Source: Bacteroidales bacterium
Lineage (GTDB): Bacteria; Bacteroidota; Bacteroidia; Bacteroidales; WRGA01
Length of the DNA: 64,000 nt
Direction: 5' to 3'
Assembly (NCBI GenBank): GCA_031553395.1
Contig: JAVBLR010000011.1
Span: forward strand, 10,379 to 74,378
The notes under the pieces were generated by a model. It ran no database searches, was not told the DNA's origin, and saw nothing but the letters and a program-made list of their open reading frames with translations. The translations under genes were made by a program, and so were the position numbers. Below are positions 42,073-52,585 of the stretch, piece after piece (the first letter of the stretch is position 1; every line of letters begins with the position of its first letter).

Positions 42073-42191
42073 CGTTTTCAGAATTATACTTATTCAGTAA
42101 ATATCTTTTTTCTAGTATATGACATCGATATGAATGTTTTTCTCACAGAATATTTTTTTAAATTTTAACTTCGTCAAAATCAAATTATTTT

Positions 42192-42340
42192 CACACGGAT
42201 TACACGGATTACACGGATTTACAAACAAAGTAATACATTGAATATCGGTTAATTATATCACTCATACACATTTTTATTTCGCAAATATGTTAACTAATAT
42301 TAACTTAAGAATCTGCGTAATTAGTGAAATCTGTGCGAAA
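42192..42340. repeat. 9-mer inverted repeat element (ACACGGATT x3 / AATCTGCGT-type arm)
   Basis: cacacggattacacggattacacggattt ... aatctgcgtaattagtgaaatctgtgcg. Confidence 0.75.
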
Positions 42341-42411
42341 CCCAAAAGATTGACTTTAGTCAATCATATTTATGGAATAATCTGCATGAAAAATAGTTGG
42401 TTTTATTATAC

Positions 42412-42451
42412 AAAAAAAGGACATTTCCAAAATATCAGAAATGTCCTTTTT
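42412..42451 (-). terminator. Intrinsic terminator of the ncRNA at 42460-42638
   Basis: aaaaggacatttc...gaaatgtccttttttt on - strand. Confidence 0.85.
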
Positions 42452-42459
42452 ATAAAGAA

Positions 42460-42638
42460 GCCGCATCGAATAAAACATGAGTAAAACTCCTAATGAACAG
42501 GATTTGAGAATTTCACAATCTTTGTAATCCACTGTTGCCAATGGCATCTCCGAAGAGTGTGGCCCGCCATTGATTGTAAAAATTGTTCTCGGTACTCAGT
42601 ATTTATTTGATGAGTTTACCAATAATGTTCGACACGGC
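42460..42638 (-). ncRNA. ssrS: Bacteroidales-1 RNA / 6S RNA homolog
   Basis: ~180-nt rod: GCCGTGTCGAA pairs with TTCGATGCGGC, GTAAACTC with GAGTTTTAC, TTTTACAATC with GATTGTGAAA, with a central bubble. Own -7 box TATCTTTG (42709-42716) and terminator. Lies directly downstream of rplT, the described position of Bacteroidales-1. Confidence 0.82.
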
Positions 42639-42751
42639 TATATCTTATTCAAAGAACGTATGAGAAAAGGAAAAAGTTCAAATATTATATTTTTCTCATT
42701 TGCTTACCCAAAGATATAATTCTTTTTCGAAATAACCAAATAAAAAGTACA

Positions 42752-42788
42752 AAAAAAGGCTGTCAATTTTAAATTAAATGACAGCCTT
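42752..42788 (-). terminator. Intrinsic terminator after rplT
   Basis: aaggctgtca...tgacagccttttttt on - strand. Confidence 0.85.
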
Positions 42789-42807
42789 GAAAAGCTTTTA
42801 TATAAAC

Positions 42808-43158
42808 TTATGCGTTTTTAGCTTGATTTACAACAGCCTTGAATGCTTCGGGATGATTCATTGCTAAATCGGCCAAGACTTTACGATTGATTTCGATTCC
42901 GGCTTTGTGCAAACCTCCCATTAAACGTGAATATGACATTCCTTCCAAACGTGCAGCAGCGTTAATACGTTGTATCCACAATGCACGGAATTCGCGTTTT
43001 TTGTTTTTACGATCGCGGTAAGCGTATTGTAACCCTTTTTCCCAGGTATTTTTAGCTACCGTCCAAACATTCTTTCTTGCACCAAAGTATCCTTTAGTAA
43101 GTTTTAAAATTCTTTTTCTGCGTGTTCTCGACGCAACATGATTGACTGATCTTGGCAT
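42808..43158 (-). CDS. rplT: 50S ribosomal protein L20
   Basis: [41 protein letters not shown]. Confidence 0.98.
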   Translation of the reverse strand: MPRSVNHVASRTRRKRILKLTKGYFGARKNVWTVAKNTWEKGLQYAYRDRKNKKREFRALWIQRINAAARLEGMSYSRLMGGLHKAGIEINRKVLADLAMNHPEAFKAVVNQAKNA

Positions 43159-43261
43159 GTCTTAATTTGTTTTTGATTGTCAGCGCCACCAGTTTGTGGT
43201 CTTTTTGCTGAACATTCGGTTGATAAAATTAAATAAACTCGCTTTTTATTGTAATTTGTAA

Positions 43262-43459
43262 TTACTTCATTGCCAACAAAAACTTCACATTATTCACATC
43301 CGAAGTATGAACTGTTGAGAAATGTGTTAAGTTACGTTTTTGTTTTTTTGTTTTCTTTGTCAGAATGTGGCTTTTAAAAGCATGTTTTCTTTTGATTTTC
43401 CCTGTTCCGGTAAGGGTGAACCTCTTTTTAGCACCGGAATTAGTCTTCATCTTTGGCAT
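43262..43459 (-). CDS. rpmI: 50S ribosomal protein L35
   Basis: [34 protein letters not shown]. Confidence 0.98.
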   Translation of the reverse strand: MPKMKTNSGAKKRFTLTGTGKIKRKHAFKSHILTKKTKKQKRNLTHFSTVHTSDVNNVKFLLAMK

Positions 43460-43492
43460 TTTATATCTATTTTATATTAGTAATAAAAAAAT

Positions 43493-44140
43493 TTACTCTT
43501 CTGTTGACTCAATATCTTCTTTGTTTTCAGCAATTTCTTTCTTAACTGGTTTTTCAACCTTTTCTTTAGTTGAACTTGATGAAGATGAAGAACTTGCTAC
43601 TGCTTTCTTTTTAGGGCTAAGCATAACGATCATCCTTTTTCCCTCCAATAAAGGGAGCTGGTCAACTTTAGCATAATCCTCCAAATCGTTGGCAAAACGA
43701 AGTAAAAGCACTTCTCCTTGTTGTTTGAAAAGAATCGAACGCCCTTTAAAAAATACATAAGCTTTTACCTTCGCTCCTTCTTCCAAAAAACTTTTAGCAT
43801 GTTTCAACTTGAAGTTATAATCGTGATCATCAGTTTGAGGTCCGAATCGAATCTCTTTTACAACGATCTTAGTTGTTTTTGCTTTTTGTTCTTTTTGACG
43901 TTTCTTTTGTTGGTAAAGAAATTTTTGATAATCAGTAATTCTACAAACAGGGGGAACGGCATTCGGTGAAATCTCAACAAGGTCCAGTTCCAATTCATCT
44001 GCAATACGTAAAGCTTCAGCTATCGGATAAACTCCTACCTCTACATTGTCACCCACTAAACGAACTTCTTTTTCACGGATACGGTTATTTATCCGGTACA
44101 GCTCTTTCGCACTTTCTTTCTTAAATCTGTCGTTTCTCAT
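43493..44140 (-). CDS. infC: Translation initiation factor IF-3
   Basis: [48 protein letters not shown]. Confidence 0.97.
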   Translation of the reverse strand: MRNDRFKKESAKELYRINNRIREKEVRLVGDNVEVGVYPIAEALRIADELELDLVEISPNAVPPVCRITDYQKFLYQQKKRQKEQKAKTTKIVVKEIRFGPQTDDHDYNFKLKHAKSFLEEGAKVKAYVFFKGRSILFKQQGEVLLLRFANDLEDYAKVDQLPLLEGKRMIVMLSPKKKAVASSSSSSSSTKEKVEKPVKKEIAENKEDIESTEE

Positions 44141-44319
44141 TCAAAAAACTTTAAATAAATTCCTCCTGTTTTTAAATTTGTTATTCGTTATTAGTTGGTA
44201 GCAATCAAAATATCAGGTACTACCAATTATTATTCATTATTTATAAACATAAGAAAAAGCAATTTGTTTATGTCTATGCAAATTTCTTAATTGACTCTGT
44301 CGATTCTTCGAATTCTTAA

Positions 44320-46263
44320 TTAATTAAAAACCATTGCTTTTTCAACTTCTTCATTTAAAAGAGCGGCAAAGGTAGTAATTTTCATCGAACCTTTATCACC
44401 TTCACCCTGTTTTCTTACAGAAACTTCTTCATTTTCTGCTTCTTTTTCACCAACTATCAATAAATAGGGAATTCTTTTCAATTCATTATCGCGAATTTTT
44501 CTTCCGATTTTTTCGTTTCTATCATCAACAATAGCACGAATATCTTTCATTCCCAAATCTTTAGCAACTTTATAAGCATAATCGTTGAATTTTTCACTGA
44601 TAGGAAGAATAACGACTTGGTCAGGCGTTAACCATAATGGGAATTTACCGGCAGTATGTTCGATTAACACAGCTACAAAACGTTCCATTGAACCAAACGG
44701 TGCACGGTGAATCATTACCGGCCGATGTTTTTGATTATCACTTCCGGTATATTCCAATTCAAAACGTTCGGGTAAATTATAATCAACCTGAATGGTTCCC
44801 AATTGCCAACGGCGTCCCAATGCATCTTTCACCATAAAATCCAATTTCGGGCCATAAAACGCCGCTTCACCTAACTCAACAGTTGCCTTCAAGCCCTTTT
44901 CTTCACAAGCTTCCACAATCGCTCGTTCGGCCTTATCCCAATTTTCATCGCTTCCGATATATTTTTCTTTATTATTAGGGTCACGTAATGATATTTGCGC
45001 TTCAAAATTTTCAAAATCCAACGCTTTGAAAATAATAAAGATAATATCCATCACTTTCAAGAATTCATCTTTCAATTGGTCGGGACGACAGAAAAGGTGT
45101 GCATCATCCTGAGTAAATCCGCGAACACGAGTCAATCCGTGCAATTCCCCACTTTGTTCGTAGCGATAAACTGTACCGAATTCTGCTAAACGAAGCGGTA
45201 AATCTTTATACGAACGAGGAAATGCCTTAAATATCTCGCAGTGGTGAGGACAGTTCATCGGTTTCAACAAAAATTCTTCACCTTCTTCAGGTGTATGAAT
45301 CGGCTGAAAAGAATCTTTTCCATATTTGGCATAATGCCCTGAAGTTACATATAATTCTTTTTGTCCAATATGCGGTGTAATTACTTGCTCATAACCAAAT
45401 TGTTTCTGAATACGTTTCAAGAAGTCTTCCAACCGATTGCGAAGCGCCGTTCCTTTCGGCAACCACAAAGGCAAACCCTGTCCGACAGCTTTCGAAAACA
45501 TAAACAATTCGAGTTCTTTTCCGATTTTACGATGGTCACGTTTTTTTGCTTCTTCCAATAAAACGAGATATTCATCCAACATTTTCTTTTTCGGGAAAGT
45601 AACACCGTAAATACGAGTCAATTGCTTGCGTTTTTCATCACCACGCCAATATGCGCCGGCAACGCTTGTCAGTTTTATTGCTTTAATTGCAGATGTATCA
45701 GGCAGGTGCGGGCCACGACATAAATCGGTAAAATTTCCTTGCGTATATGTACTGATTGTACCATCTTCCAAATCAGAAATTAATTCGACTTTATATTCAT
45801 CGTGTTTATCTCCGAAGAATTTTAATGCTTCGGTTTTGCTTATTTCTGCACGAACAATCGGCTCTTTTTTCGCAGCCAATTCAGCCATTTTTGCTTCGAT
45901 AGCCGCCAAATCACCTTCTTTAATTACAACACCATCACCCGGATCAACATCATAATAAAATCCTGTTTCGATAGCAGGTCCGATTCCGAATTTAATTCCA
46001 GGGTACAACTCTTGCAACGCCTCAGCCATCAAGTGAGCCGACGAGTGCCAAAAAGCATGTTGAGCCTCTTTATCTTCCCATTTGTGCAACTTTATCAAAG
46101 CATCTTCATTGATGGGGCGGCTCAAATCCCAAATTTGTCCGTTAACTGTTGCAGCTAACACATCTTGCGCCAAGCGCGGACTGATGCTTTCTGCTATCTG
46201 TAAAGCAGTTGTGCCTTTGGAAAATTCTTTAACCGAATTATCGGGGAATGTTATTTTTATCAT
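44320..46263 (-). CDS. thrS: Threonine--tRNA ligase
   Basis: TGS domain, [54 protein letters not shown]. Confidence 0.98.
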   Translation of the reverse strand: MIKITFPDNSVKEFSKGTTALQIAESISPRLAQDVLAATVNGQIWDLSRPINEDALIKLHKWEDKEAQHAFWHSSAHLMAEALQELYPGIKFGIGPAIETGFYYDVDPGDGVVIKEGDLAAIEAKMAELAAKKEPIVRAEISKTEALKFFGDKHDEYKVELISDLEDGTISTYTQGNFTDLCRGPHLPDTSAIKAIKLTSVAGAYWRGDEKRKQLTRIYGVTFPKKKMLDEYLVLLEEAKKRDHRKIGKELELFMFSKAVGQGLPLWLPKGTALRNRLEDFLKRIQKQFGYEQVITPHIGQKELYVTSGHYAKYGKDSFQPIHTPEEGEEFLLKPMNCPHHCEIFKAFPRSYKDLPLRLAEFGTVYRYEQSGELHGLTRVRGFTQDDAHLFCRPDQLKDEFLKVMDIIFIIFKALDFENFEAQISLRDPNNKEKYIGSDENWDKAERAIVEACEEKGLKATVELGEAAFYGPKLDFMVKDALGRRWQLGTIQVDYNLPERFELEYTGSDNQKHRPVMIHRAPFGSMERFVAVLIEHTAGKFPLWLTPDQVVILPISEKFNDYAYKVAKDLGMKDIRAIVDDRNEKIGRKIRDNELKRIPYLLIVGEKEAENEEVSVRKQGEGDKGSMKITTFAALLNEEVEKAMVFN

Positions 46264-46373
46264 ATCGAATATTTTGCAAAATGAAGTGCAAAATTAATAT
46301 AATTTTCGGAAATGACAATCAGAAAAGAAACGAGTTGACGAGATACAAAATATAACTGAATTAGTAGAATTTT

Positions 46374-46450
46374 TACCACAAAAAACACAAAGAATTAATA
46401 ATAAATTTTCTTTGTGTCCTTTGTGAAAACCCTCGTGTACCTTGTGGTTT
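46374..46450. repeat. 9-mer REP-like inverted element (ACCACAAAG family)
   Basis: accacaaaaaacacaaag ... ctttgtgtcctttgtgaaaaccctcgtgtaccttgtggtt. Confidence 0.7.
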
Positions 46451-46452
46451 TA

Positions 46453-47505
46453 TTACTTTTTCAGCGAAGCCATATCTATCACAAAACGGTAATGCACATC
46501 ACCTTTTTCCAAACGGACAAAAGCTTCATTTGCCTGGTCAATATTTATCATTTCAATTTCGGCCGTAATATTGTTTTTGGCGCAGAAATCAAGCATTTCC
46601 TGTGTTTCGGCAATTCCACCAATATTGGAACCGGAAAAGCTTTTACGTCCTTTTACTAGATTGAATGCTCCAACGGGAAGCGGTTCTACAGGTAATCCGA
46701 CCAAAACCAATGCTCCATCCACTTTCAGCAGATTCAGATAAACATTCACGTCGTGTTTGGCCGAAACAGTATCCAGAATCATATCCAATTTAGACTGTTT
46801 TTTCATTTGTTCGGGATCTGTGGAAAGCGTTACTTCGTCGGCACCTAATCGTTTAGCATCCGCCGCTTTCGAGGCTGAAGTTGTAAATACGGTTACATGT
46901 GCACCCATCGCCTTGGCTATTTTAATGGCTAAGTGTCCCAATCCGCCGATACCGATAATACCTACTTTCTTACCCACTCCCATATGCCAATGTTTGAGCG
47001 GCGAATAAACGGTAATTCCCGCACAAAGCAGCGGTGCAGCTGACGGTAAATCAAGCGTTTCGGGAACATACAACACGTAATTCTCGTTTGCTACAATGGT
47101 CTCCGAAAATCCACCGTAGGTTTGTCCACCCGAGATTCGGTCGGGAGAATTGAAAACCATTGTGGTTTCCACTTCGCAAAACTGTTCTTCCCCTTCTTCG
47201 CAATATTCGCATTTGCCACAGGAATCAACAATACATCCTATTGCAGCTAAATCGCCGATTTTGAATTTGCTTACATGGTTGCCTGTTTTTGTTATTTTAC
47301 CTACAATCTCGTGCCCGGGTACAAGCGGATAAACGGCATTATGCCATTCATTCCGTACAGAATGAAGATCGGAGTGACAAATACCGCAATAGAGGATTTC
47401 GATTTCAACATCATGCGAAAGCAATTCTCTTCGTTGAACATTCAACGCTTTCATAGGTGCATCAGCAGCTACGGCTCCGAATGCTTTGGTATTTTTTGTT
47501 TCCAT
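46453..47505 (-). CDS. Zn-dependent NAD(P)H alcohol dehydrogenase (YahK/cinnamyl type)
   Basis: CGICHSD, GHEIVG, CGKCEYC..GEEQFC, APLLCAGITVYSPL, GIGGLG. Confidence 0.93.
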   Translation of the reverse strand: METKNTKAFGAVAADAPMKALNVQRRELLSHDVEIEILYCGICHSDLHSVRNEWHNAVYPLVPGHEIVGKITKTGNHVSKFKIGDLAAIGCIVDSCGKCEYCEEGEEQFCEVETTMVFNSPDRISGGQTYGGFSETIVANENYVLYVPETLDLPSAAPLLCAGITVYSPLKHWHMGVGKKVGIIGIGGLGHLAIKIAKAMGAHVTVFTTSASKAADAKRLGADEVTLSTDPEQMKKQSKLDMILDTVSAKHDVNVYLNLLKVDGALVLVGLPVEPLPVGAFNLVKGRKSFSGSNIGGIAETQEMLDFCAKNNITAEIEMINIDQANEAFVRLEKGDVHYRFVIDMASLKK

Positions 47506-47640
47506 ATTATAATTTGTTTTTGTGATTATCTACATAACAAATAATTATACTTCCGGTTTATAAATTTGTCAAAAATACTTCAATCACATTATTTGTGAAT
47601 TTCTGCAAAAAGTTTTGACAATCAACTGAAATATATCTTT

Positions 47641-47725
47641 TATTATAATGAGCATATAAAAATAAGGCAAGAATTGCAAGAGTAGGTTTTCCTTACGGCT
47701 CAAATGATTTTGTTGAAAAGTTCAA
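47641..47725 (-). promoter_or_regulatory. AraC-type operator/promoter, copy A (adh)
   Basis: 74/85 ungapped identity with 53071-53155; core TTGAACTTTTCAACAAA-N4-TTTGAGCCGTAA. Confidence 0.75.
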
Positions 47726-47767
47726 GTGAAACTTTATGTCAATGAGGTTATATTAAAAGTTCTTTTT

Positions 47768-47870
47768 TACCGCAAAGGACGCTAAGAATATCGCAAGGGA
47801 CGCAAAAAAATAAGATGCTTATTTATAGCAAATTCGTACTTTGCGAAAATCTTTGTGCCCCTTGCGGTTA
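47768..47870. repeat. 9-mer REP-like inverted element (ACCGCAAAG family)
   Basis: accgcaaaggacgctaagaatatcgcaagggacgcaaa ... tttgcgaaaatctttgtgccccttgcggtt. Confidence 0.8.
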
Positions 47871-47880
47871 TACTCTTTTT

Positions 47881-48312
47881 TCAGGATAAATGAACATTAA
47901 TTCTCATTCTCGCAATAAACTCCTCTATCAACGGAAGAATAGCTTCTACGGATTCCTCTTCACAACAAAGTTTCTCTATCGGACACCAATCAGTTTTTGT
48001 TCGATTTTCGATAAAGGAAACTTCTTTCTCAAATGATACTTTTATATCCGATTTATGCAGAATTTGCAAGGCGGGAGTGCTAATCACATCTGCATACAAT
48101 TCGTTGACACCGCCCAATATCATCAAAGTGGCAGCTCCTTTACCTACCACTTTGTCAGCTACCGAAGCTCCTATCAAAAAAGCAGATTCATTTTTATATA
48201 ATTCGTATAAATCGGCTATGCCTCTTTGCGAGAAATTTCGTATTTCTCCGTTTCTTATAACGCAGGAATAATTTCCTTCGTGCAATATTCGGATAAGTTC
48301 CGTCATTATCAT
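47881..48312 (-). CDS. DUF1893 (TM1506-like) protein
   Basis: RGIADL, ADKVVGKGAA, YADVIS, IENRTKTDWCPIE; overlaps the AKR stop. Confidence 0.85.
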   Translation of the reverse strand: MIMTELIRILHEGNYSCVIRNGEIRNFSQRGIADLYELYKNESAFLIGASVADKVVGKGAATLMILGGVNELYADVISTPALQILHKSDIKVSFEKEVSFIENRTKTDWCPIEKLCCEEESVEAILPLIEEFIARMRINVHLS

Positions 48313-49703
48313 TTATTTATAAAAACCGTTTTTTTCTTTAATTGTTCTGCATACAAATCGATACGTTGCATTTCTTTCGGAATATTGATATTTTGCGGAC
48401 AATGCGGCTTACATATTCCACAACCGATACAATGGTCGGCCTGACGAAGCTTGGGCACAGTACGGTCATAACCAACTAAAAAGGCTTTTCGTGCTTCTGT
48501 ATAGTTTTTGTCATTCGAACTTTTCAGTTTTTCGCCTGAGCTGATAATACGATTGTAATGACCGAAAACAGCAGGAATGTCAAGTCCGTACGGGCAAGGC
48601 ATACAGTACTGACATTCATTACATTGCACATAATCATTGTTAAGCATGATTTCGGTAACCTTTTCCAATGCCTCGTATTCTTGTTTATCTAAAGGTTTCA
48701 GCGGAGAATAAGAACGGATATTTTCCTGCAAATGTTCCATATACACCATGCCGCTCAGTACGGTTAGCACACTTTCGGGATTTCCTGCATAGCGGAATGC
48801 CCAAGTTGCAGAACTGTCTTCGGGATGCATTGTTTTGAGAACGTTCAATGCTTGTGAGCCCAAACGAGACAAACGTCCTCCCAACAGCGGCTCCATAATT
48901 ACGGCGGGCACCTTTCGTTTTTCCAATTCGCCTAACAGATATTCGGCATTGGTATTCCGACCCGTTGCATGTTGCCAGTCTATGTAATTAAGTTGAATTT
49001 GAGCAAAATCCCATTGAATATCCAACGAAAGCAAATAATCATACACCTCGATATCGCCGTGATATGACCAACCCAAATTACGAATACGACCCGCTTTCCG
49101 CTCTTTCAACAAAAAGTCCAAGATACCGTTATCAATAAACCGTTCACGAAAATCTTTCATGCCGCCCATACCTATTCCGTGAAGCAAATAATAATCGAGA
49201 TAATCTACCTGCAAATCTTTCATCGACTTGTGGTACAAAGCAATGGATTTTTCACGACTTCTTGAAGCAGGGTCGAAATTGGACATCTTGGTGGCAATAA
49301 AGAATTTGTCGCGCGAATGACGTTTCAGTGCAATTCCTGTTGCCGTTTCTGACCAACCACGCACGTATACGGGAGATGTATCAAAATAATTTACGCCATG
49401 CTCAATCGCATAATCAACCAATTCGTTTACTGCATCCTGGTCAACTTCCTCTTCACCCTTGTCGTTGGTACGCAAAGGCCAACGCATGCAACCGAAGCCG
49501 AGTAACGATACTTTATCCCCCGTATACGGATTAATGCGGTATGTCATTTTATCCGTAGGCACTTCGCCTATTGCTCCGCCTTCGGCTGATACTTTGTTAT
49601 TCGGTTTACATCCGTACATGGTTGCCGCAGCAGCAACGGAACCTGCTCCCAATGTTTTCAAAAAACTTCTACGGCTTATATTTTTTTTGCTTTTTTCTTT
49701 CAT
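48309..49703 (-). CDS. Tat-exported aldo/keto reductase with C-terminal Fe-S motifs
   Basis: SRRSFLK Tat motif, LGFGCMRWP, GVNYFDTSPVY, IMEPLLGG, CNECQYCMPCP and CIGCGICKPHCP. Confidence 0.9.
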   Translation of the reverse strand: MKEKSKKNISRRSFLKTLGAGSVAAAATMYGCKPNNKVSAEGGAIGEVPTDKMTYRINPYTGDKVSLLGFGCMRWPLRTNDKGEEEVDQDAVNELVDYAIEHGVNYFDTSPVYVRGWSETATGIALKRHSRDKFFIATKMSNFDPASRSREKSIALYHKSMKDLQVDYLDYYLLHGIGMGGMKDFRERFIDNGILDFLLKERKAGRIRNLGWSYHGDIEVYDYLLSLDIQWDFAQIQLNYIDWQHATGRNTNAEYLLGELEKRKVPAVIMEPLLGGRLSRLGSQALNVLKTMHPEDSSATWAFRYAGNPESVLTVLSGMVYMEHLQENIRSYSPLKPLDKQEYEALEKVTEIMLNNDYVQCNECQYCMPCPYGLDIPAVFGHYNRIISSGEKLKSSNDKNYTEARKAFLVGYDRTVPKLRQADHCIGCGICKPHCPQNINIPKEMQRIDLYAEQLKKKTVFINK

Positions 49704-49743
49704 ATTAATTTACTGATGTTACGCAATTAATTTAGTTGAAAAA

Positions 49744-49943
49744 CCGAAAGGCTTGAAAAGCCAAATCATCATAACCGTAGGTAAGCGTAGCGCAGCCTGC
49801 GGATAATAGAAGCAACATAAACTCTGCCTGAAAGGCAGGACTGAATTGAAAATAAAAATCCTGCCTTTCAGGCAGAGGTCTGTATGTATCGCTCAACCGC
49901 AGGTCGTTGACCTACGGTTATGAAAATCAAGCCTTATCAGACT
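49744..49943. repeat. ~190-bp nested palindromic REP/REPIN-like element
   Basis: Nested inverted repeats: AAGGCTTGA/TCAAGCCTT, CATAACCGTAGGT/ACCTACGGTTATG, CCTGCGG/CCGCAGG, CTCTGCCTGAAAGGCAGGA/TCCTGCCTTTCAGGCAGAG. Confidence 0.85.
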
Positions 49944-50048
49944 AAATTCACAATAACAAGATAGGTATGTAGCATCTGTTTATTTAGTTGAAAGTGTTTT
50001 GTTCATTGAAATTGAAAATAGAGATGTTGTGTCACTTTCAACTTTCAA

Positions 50049-51563
50049 TTAAACACTGTGATGGCGCAGGTTTCCTTCTACATAGATAGCGCTGAACGGA
50101 CGTGCAGGACATAAGTTCTCACAAGCCCCGCAACCGATGCACAATTCTTTATCAACGACAGGTATTTTCAACGAATCGCTGTAGCCCGGGTTACGGTCTA
50201 CCAACGTAATAGCACCCGTAGGACAATGGTGTTCACAGTTATTACATTGTATTTCGTCGGTATTTACTACACAGTTGTCTTTAATCCAAACGGCTAATCC
50301 TATGGCAATGGCTGATTTATCGGCAGTAGTAACAGTATTGATAGCCTTAGTCGGACAAACTTGCGAACATTCAGTGCATTCGGGACGACAATATCCCCGT
50401 TCGTACGACATCTCGGGCTGCATCAAAGTCAATAATTTATTTGACGGACGCAAAACGTTATTGGGGCAGGATGAAATACAAAGCTGACAGGCTGTACAAT
50501 GCTGTTTGAGATTAGCTAACCCCAATGCACCCGGGGGTACAATCGGCATTTTTCGATCAGGGATTTTTTTGTCTTCAATTGCCGCCAATCCTCCATCAAC
50601 TTGTAATTGTTGTGCTTTTAAAGCGCTTCCTACAGTTAGTATTGTCATTATGGATAAGGCGTTACGTCGCGACATATCAGGATTATTTTCCTTTGTCTCT
50701 GAATTTTTTTTCTCGGTTTGCAATGCTTGTTTTTCCGTTTTATTCGAAAAACGATAACTCATCGCACTAAACTTACAACTCTCTATACAATTGAAACAAC
50801 TTACGCAACGGCTGTAGTCTATATACAAGTTTTTGGAATCAATGCAAGATGCTTTACAGCGTCGTTCGCAAAGTTGACAATGTGTACATTTTTCCTTATC
50901 GAATGCTACTTTAAAAATCGAAAAACGAGAAATAAATCCGAGAAAAGTACCGACGGGACAAATCGTATTGCAATATGTCCGTCCGTTACGCCAGGCAAGT
51001 ATTCCAACGATTACGAATGTGGCAATTGCAACGCCTAAAGTTGCTCCGCTTTTTATCCAAACATCAGTCGTGTAAAAAGCATAACTCTCAGCACGTTCAG
51101 CAAAAAAAGCAAGCAGGTTATTACCCCAACGATATATGGGGGTAAATAATTCGGAAGCTATTCGTCCATAAGCGGCATAAGGGTCGAGCAATGATACCAC
51201 AACGCTTGTTCCCGCTATCATAGCAATGACAAACACAATCAACACTCCATAACGCAACCACGACAAAGCCGCCGAATAGCAAAAACGGTTTTTCTTTCCT
51301 TTTCTTTTGCCCGCCAAACGAGAGATACCGTCCTGAAAAACACCCAAAGGGCAAATAACCGAACAATAAATTCGTCCGAATAATAATGTTAGGATAACAA
51401 GACCTGCTACCACTCCTGCATTAACAGCCAACACAGCAGGTACTAACTGAATCTTAGCCAACCAACCGAACCAAAGATGAAGCGTTCCCGTAAAATCAAG
51501 AAACAGCAACGTGATAAGCGTAAAGAAAAGAACTCCAAAAGTTATTCTGATTTTTTTAAGCAT
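50049..51563 (-). CDS. Membrane-bound polyferredoxin (NapH/MauN-like fused to NapF/MauM-like)
   Basis: TM helices with GRIYCSVICPLG and GRTYCNTICPVG; multiple CxxCxxCxxxCP; internal SRRNAL. Confidence 0.88.
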   Translation of the reverse strand: MLKKIRITFGVLFFTLITLLFLDFTGTLHLWFGWLAKIQLVPAVLAVNAGVVAGLVILTLLFGRIYCSVICPLGVFQDGISRLAGKRKGKKNRFCYSAALSWLRYGVLIVFVIAMIAGTSVVVSLLDPYAAYGRIASELFTPIYRWGNNLLAFFAERAESYAFYTTDVWIKSGATLGVAIATFVIVGILAWRNGRTYCNTICPVGTFLGFISRFSIFKVAFDKEKCTHCQLCERRCKASCIDSKNLYIDYSRCVSCFNCIESCKFSAMSYRFSNKTEKQALQTEKKNSETKENNPDMSRRNALSIMTILTVGSALKAQQLQVDGGLAAIEDKKIPDRKMPIVPPGALGLANLKQHCTACQLCISSCPNNVLRPSNKLLTLMQPEMSYERGYCRPECTECSQVCPTKAINTVTTADKSAIAIGLAVWIKDNCVVNTDEIQCNNCEHHCPTGAITLVDRNPGYSDSLKIPVVDKELCIGCGACENLCPARPFSAIYVEGNLRHHSV

Positions 51564-51566
51564 GAA

Positions 51567-52130
51567 TTATTTTTTTATCATATCAATTTCGCGTAACCAT
51601 TTCAAGACATCGGCTTGTGCATTTTTCACGGAACCGCCACGAATGGGAAGCCCGTCCAAAACCGTTGATTTGGGACAAAGTTTTTTAATGTCCGATACAC
51701 TGCGTCCCATACGCGAACCTTCATGCGTTATAAACGGAACAATTGTTTTACCATCCAATTTGTAGGTTGATAAAAATGTAGCCACGGGAGGAGCAATAGT
51801 ACTCCACCAGTTGGGTGAACCCACAAAAATAACATCATATTTTTGAATATTGTCTATTTTTGATTTCAACGGAGGACGATAATCGGCATTGATTTCTTTT
51901 TTGGCTTGATCTACGCAAGCATTGTAATCTTTGGGATATGCTTTTTCGGGAACGATTTCAAAGATATCGGCGTCCGTAGCATTTTTGATTTGAGTCGCTA
52001 TTTCGCGGGTATTTCCGCTCCACGAGTAATATACAACCAATATTTTTTTGTTGGTCGATGCCGATTGTGCATTCGTATTATGCAGCGATAAAAAAATGAG
52101 TAATGCGGTAAATAATAATTTGATTCTCAT
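51567..52130 (-). CDS. Flavodoxin (with signal peptide)
   Basis: VYYSWSGNT, GSPNWWS, PFITHEGSRMG; cleavable N-terminal signal. Confidence 0.88.
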   Translation of the reverse strand: MRIKLLFTALLIFLSLHNTNAQSASTNKKILVVYYSWSGNTREIATQIKNATDADIFEIVPEKAYPKDYNACVDQAKKEINADYRPPLKSKIDNIQKYDVIFVGSPNWWSTIAPPVATFLSTYKLDGKTIVPFITHEGSRMGRSVSDIKKLCPKSTVLDGLPIRGGSVKNAQADVLKWLREIDMIKK

Positions 52131-52148
52131 AATAATATTCCTCTTTGT

Positions 52149-52565
52149 TTATATATTATTGTATTCTTCGTCCGTTACGGGGCCGTACCATGTAGGAGCT
52201 CCCGCATCGATTTTGGTCGATATTCCTATATGTGTAAATTCACTGTCGGGTGTTGCACCGTGCCAATGTATTACATTCGGTTTGATTTCGACAACATAGC
52301 CTTTTTTCAACAAACGGGCAGGGCCTCCTTTTTCCTGATAATATCCTTTGCCTGCGGTAACCAGCAAAATCTGTCCGCCTGAGTGGCTGTGCCAGTAATT
52401 CCGTGTTTTCGGAGCAAAAGTAACATCATATACTTGAGTATTGAACGCATTATAGGCATCCGAAACCAACATTTGCACCCATGCATCACCCGTAAAATTG
52501 GCATCTGCTTTTTCTCCTTTCGGGAAGATTCTTGAATTTTCCATATTGTCAGTATTCATAATCAT
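52149..52565 (-). CDS. Cupin domain protein
   Basis: NFTGDAW, WHSHSGGQIL..GKGYYQ, HWHGATPDS, WYGPVTDEEY. Confidence 0.9.
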   Translation of the reverse strand: MIMNTDNMENSRIFPKGEKADANFTGDAWVQMLVSDAYNAFNTQVYDVTFAPKTRNYWHSHSGGQILLVTAGKGYYQEKGGPARLLKKGYVVEIKPNVIHWHGATPDSEFTHIGISTKIDAGAPTWYGPVTDEEYNNI

Positions 52566-52585
52566 AATTATTTTAAAAATTTCTC

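Noticed and set aside
43568-43595. Poly-serine tract in the IF-3 C-terminus
   Set aside because: Mixed codons in a variable low-complexity tail; not a slippage tract
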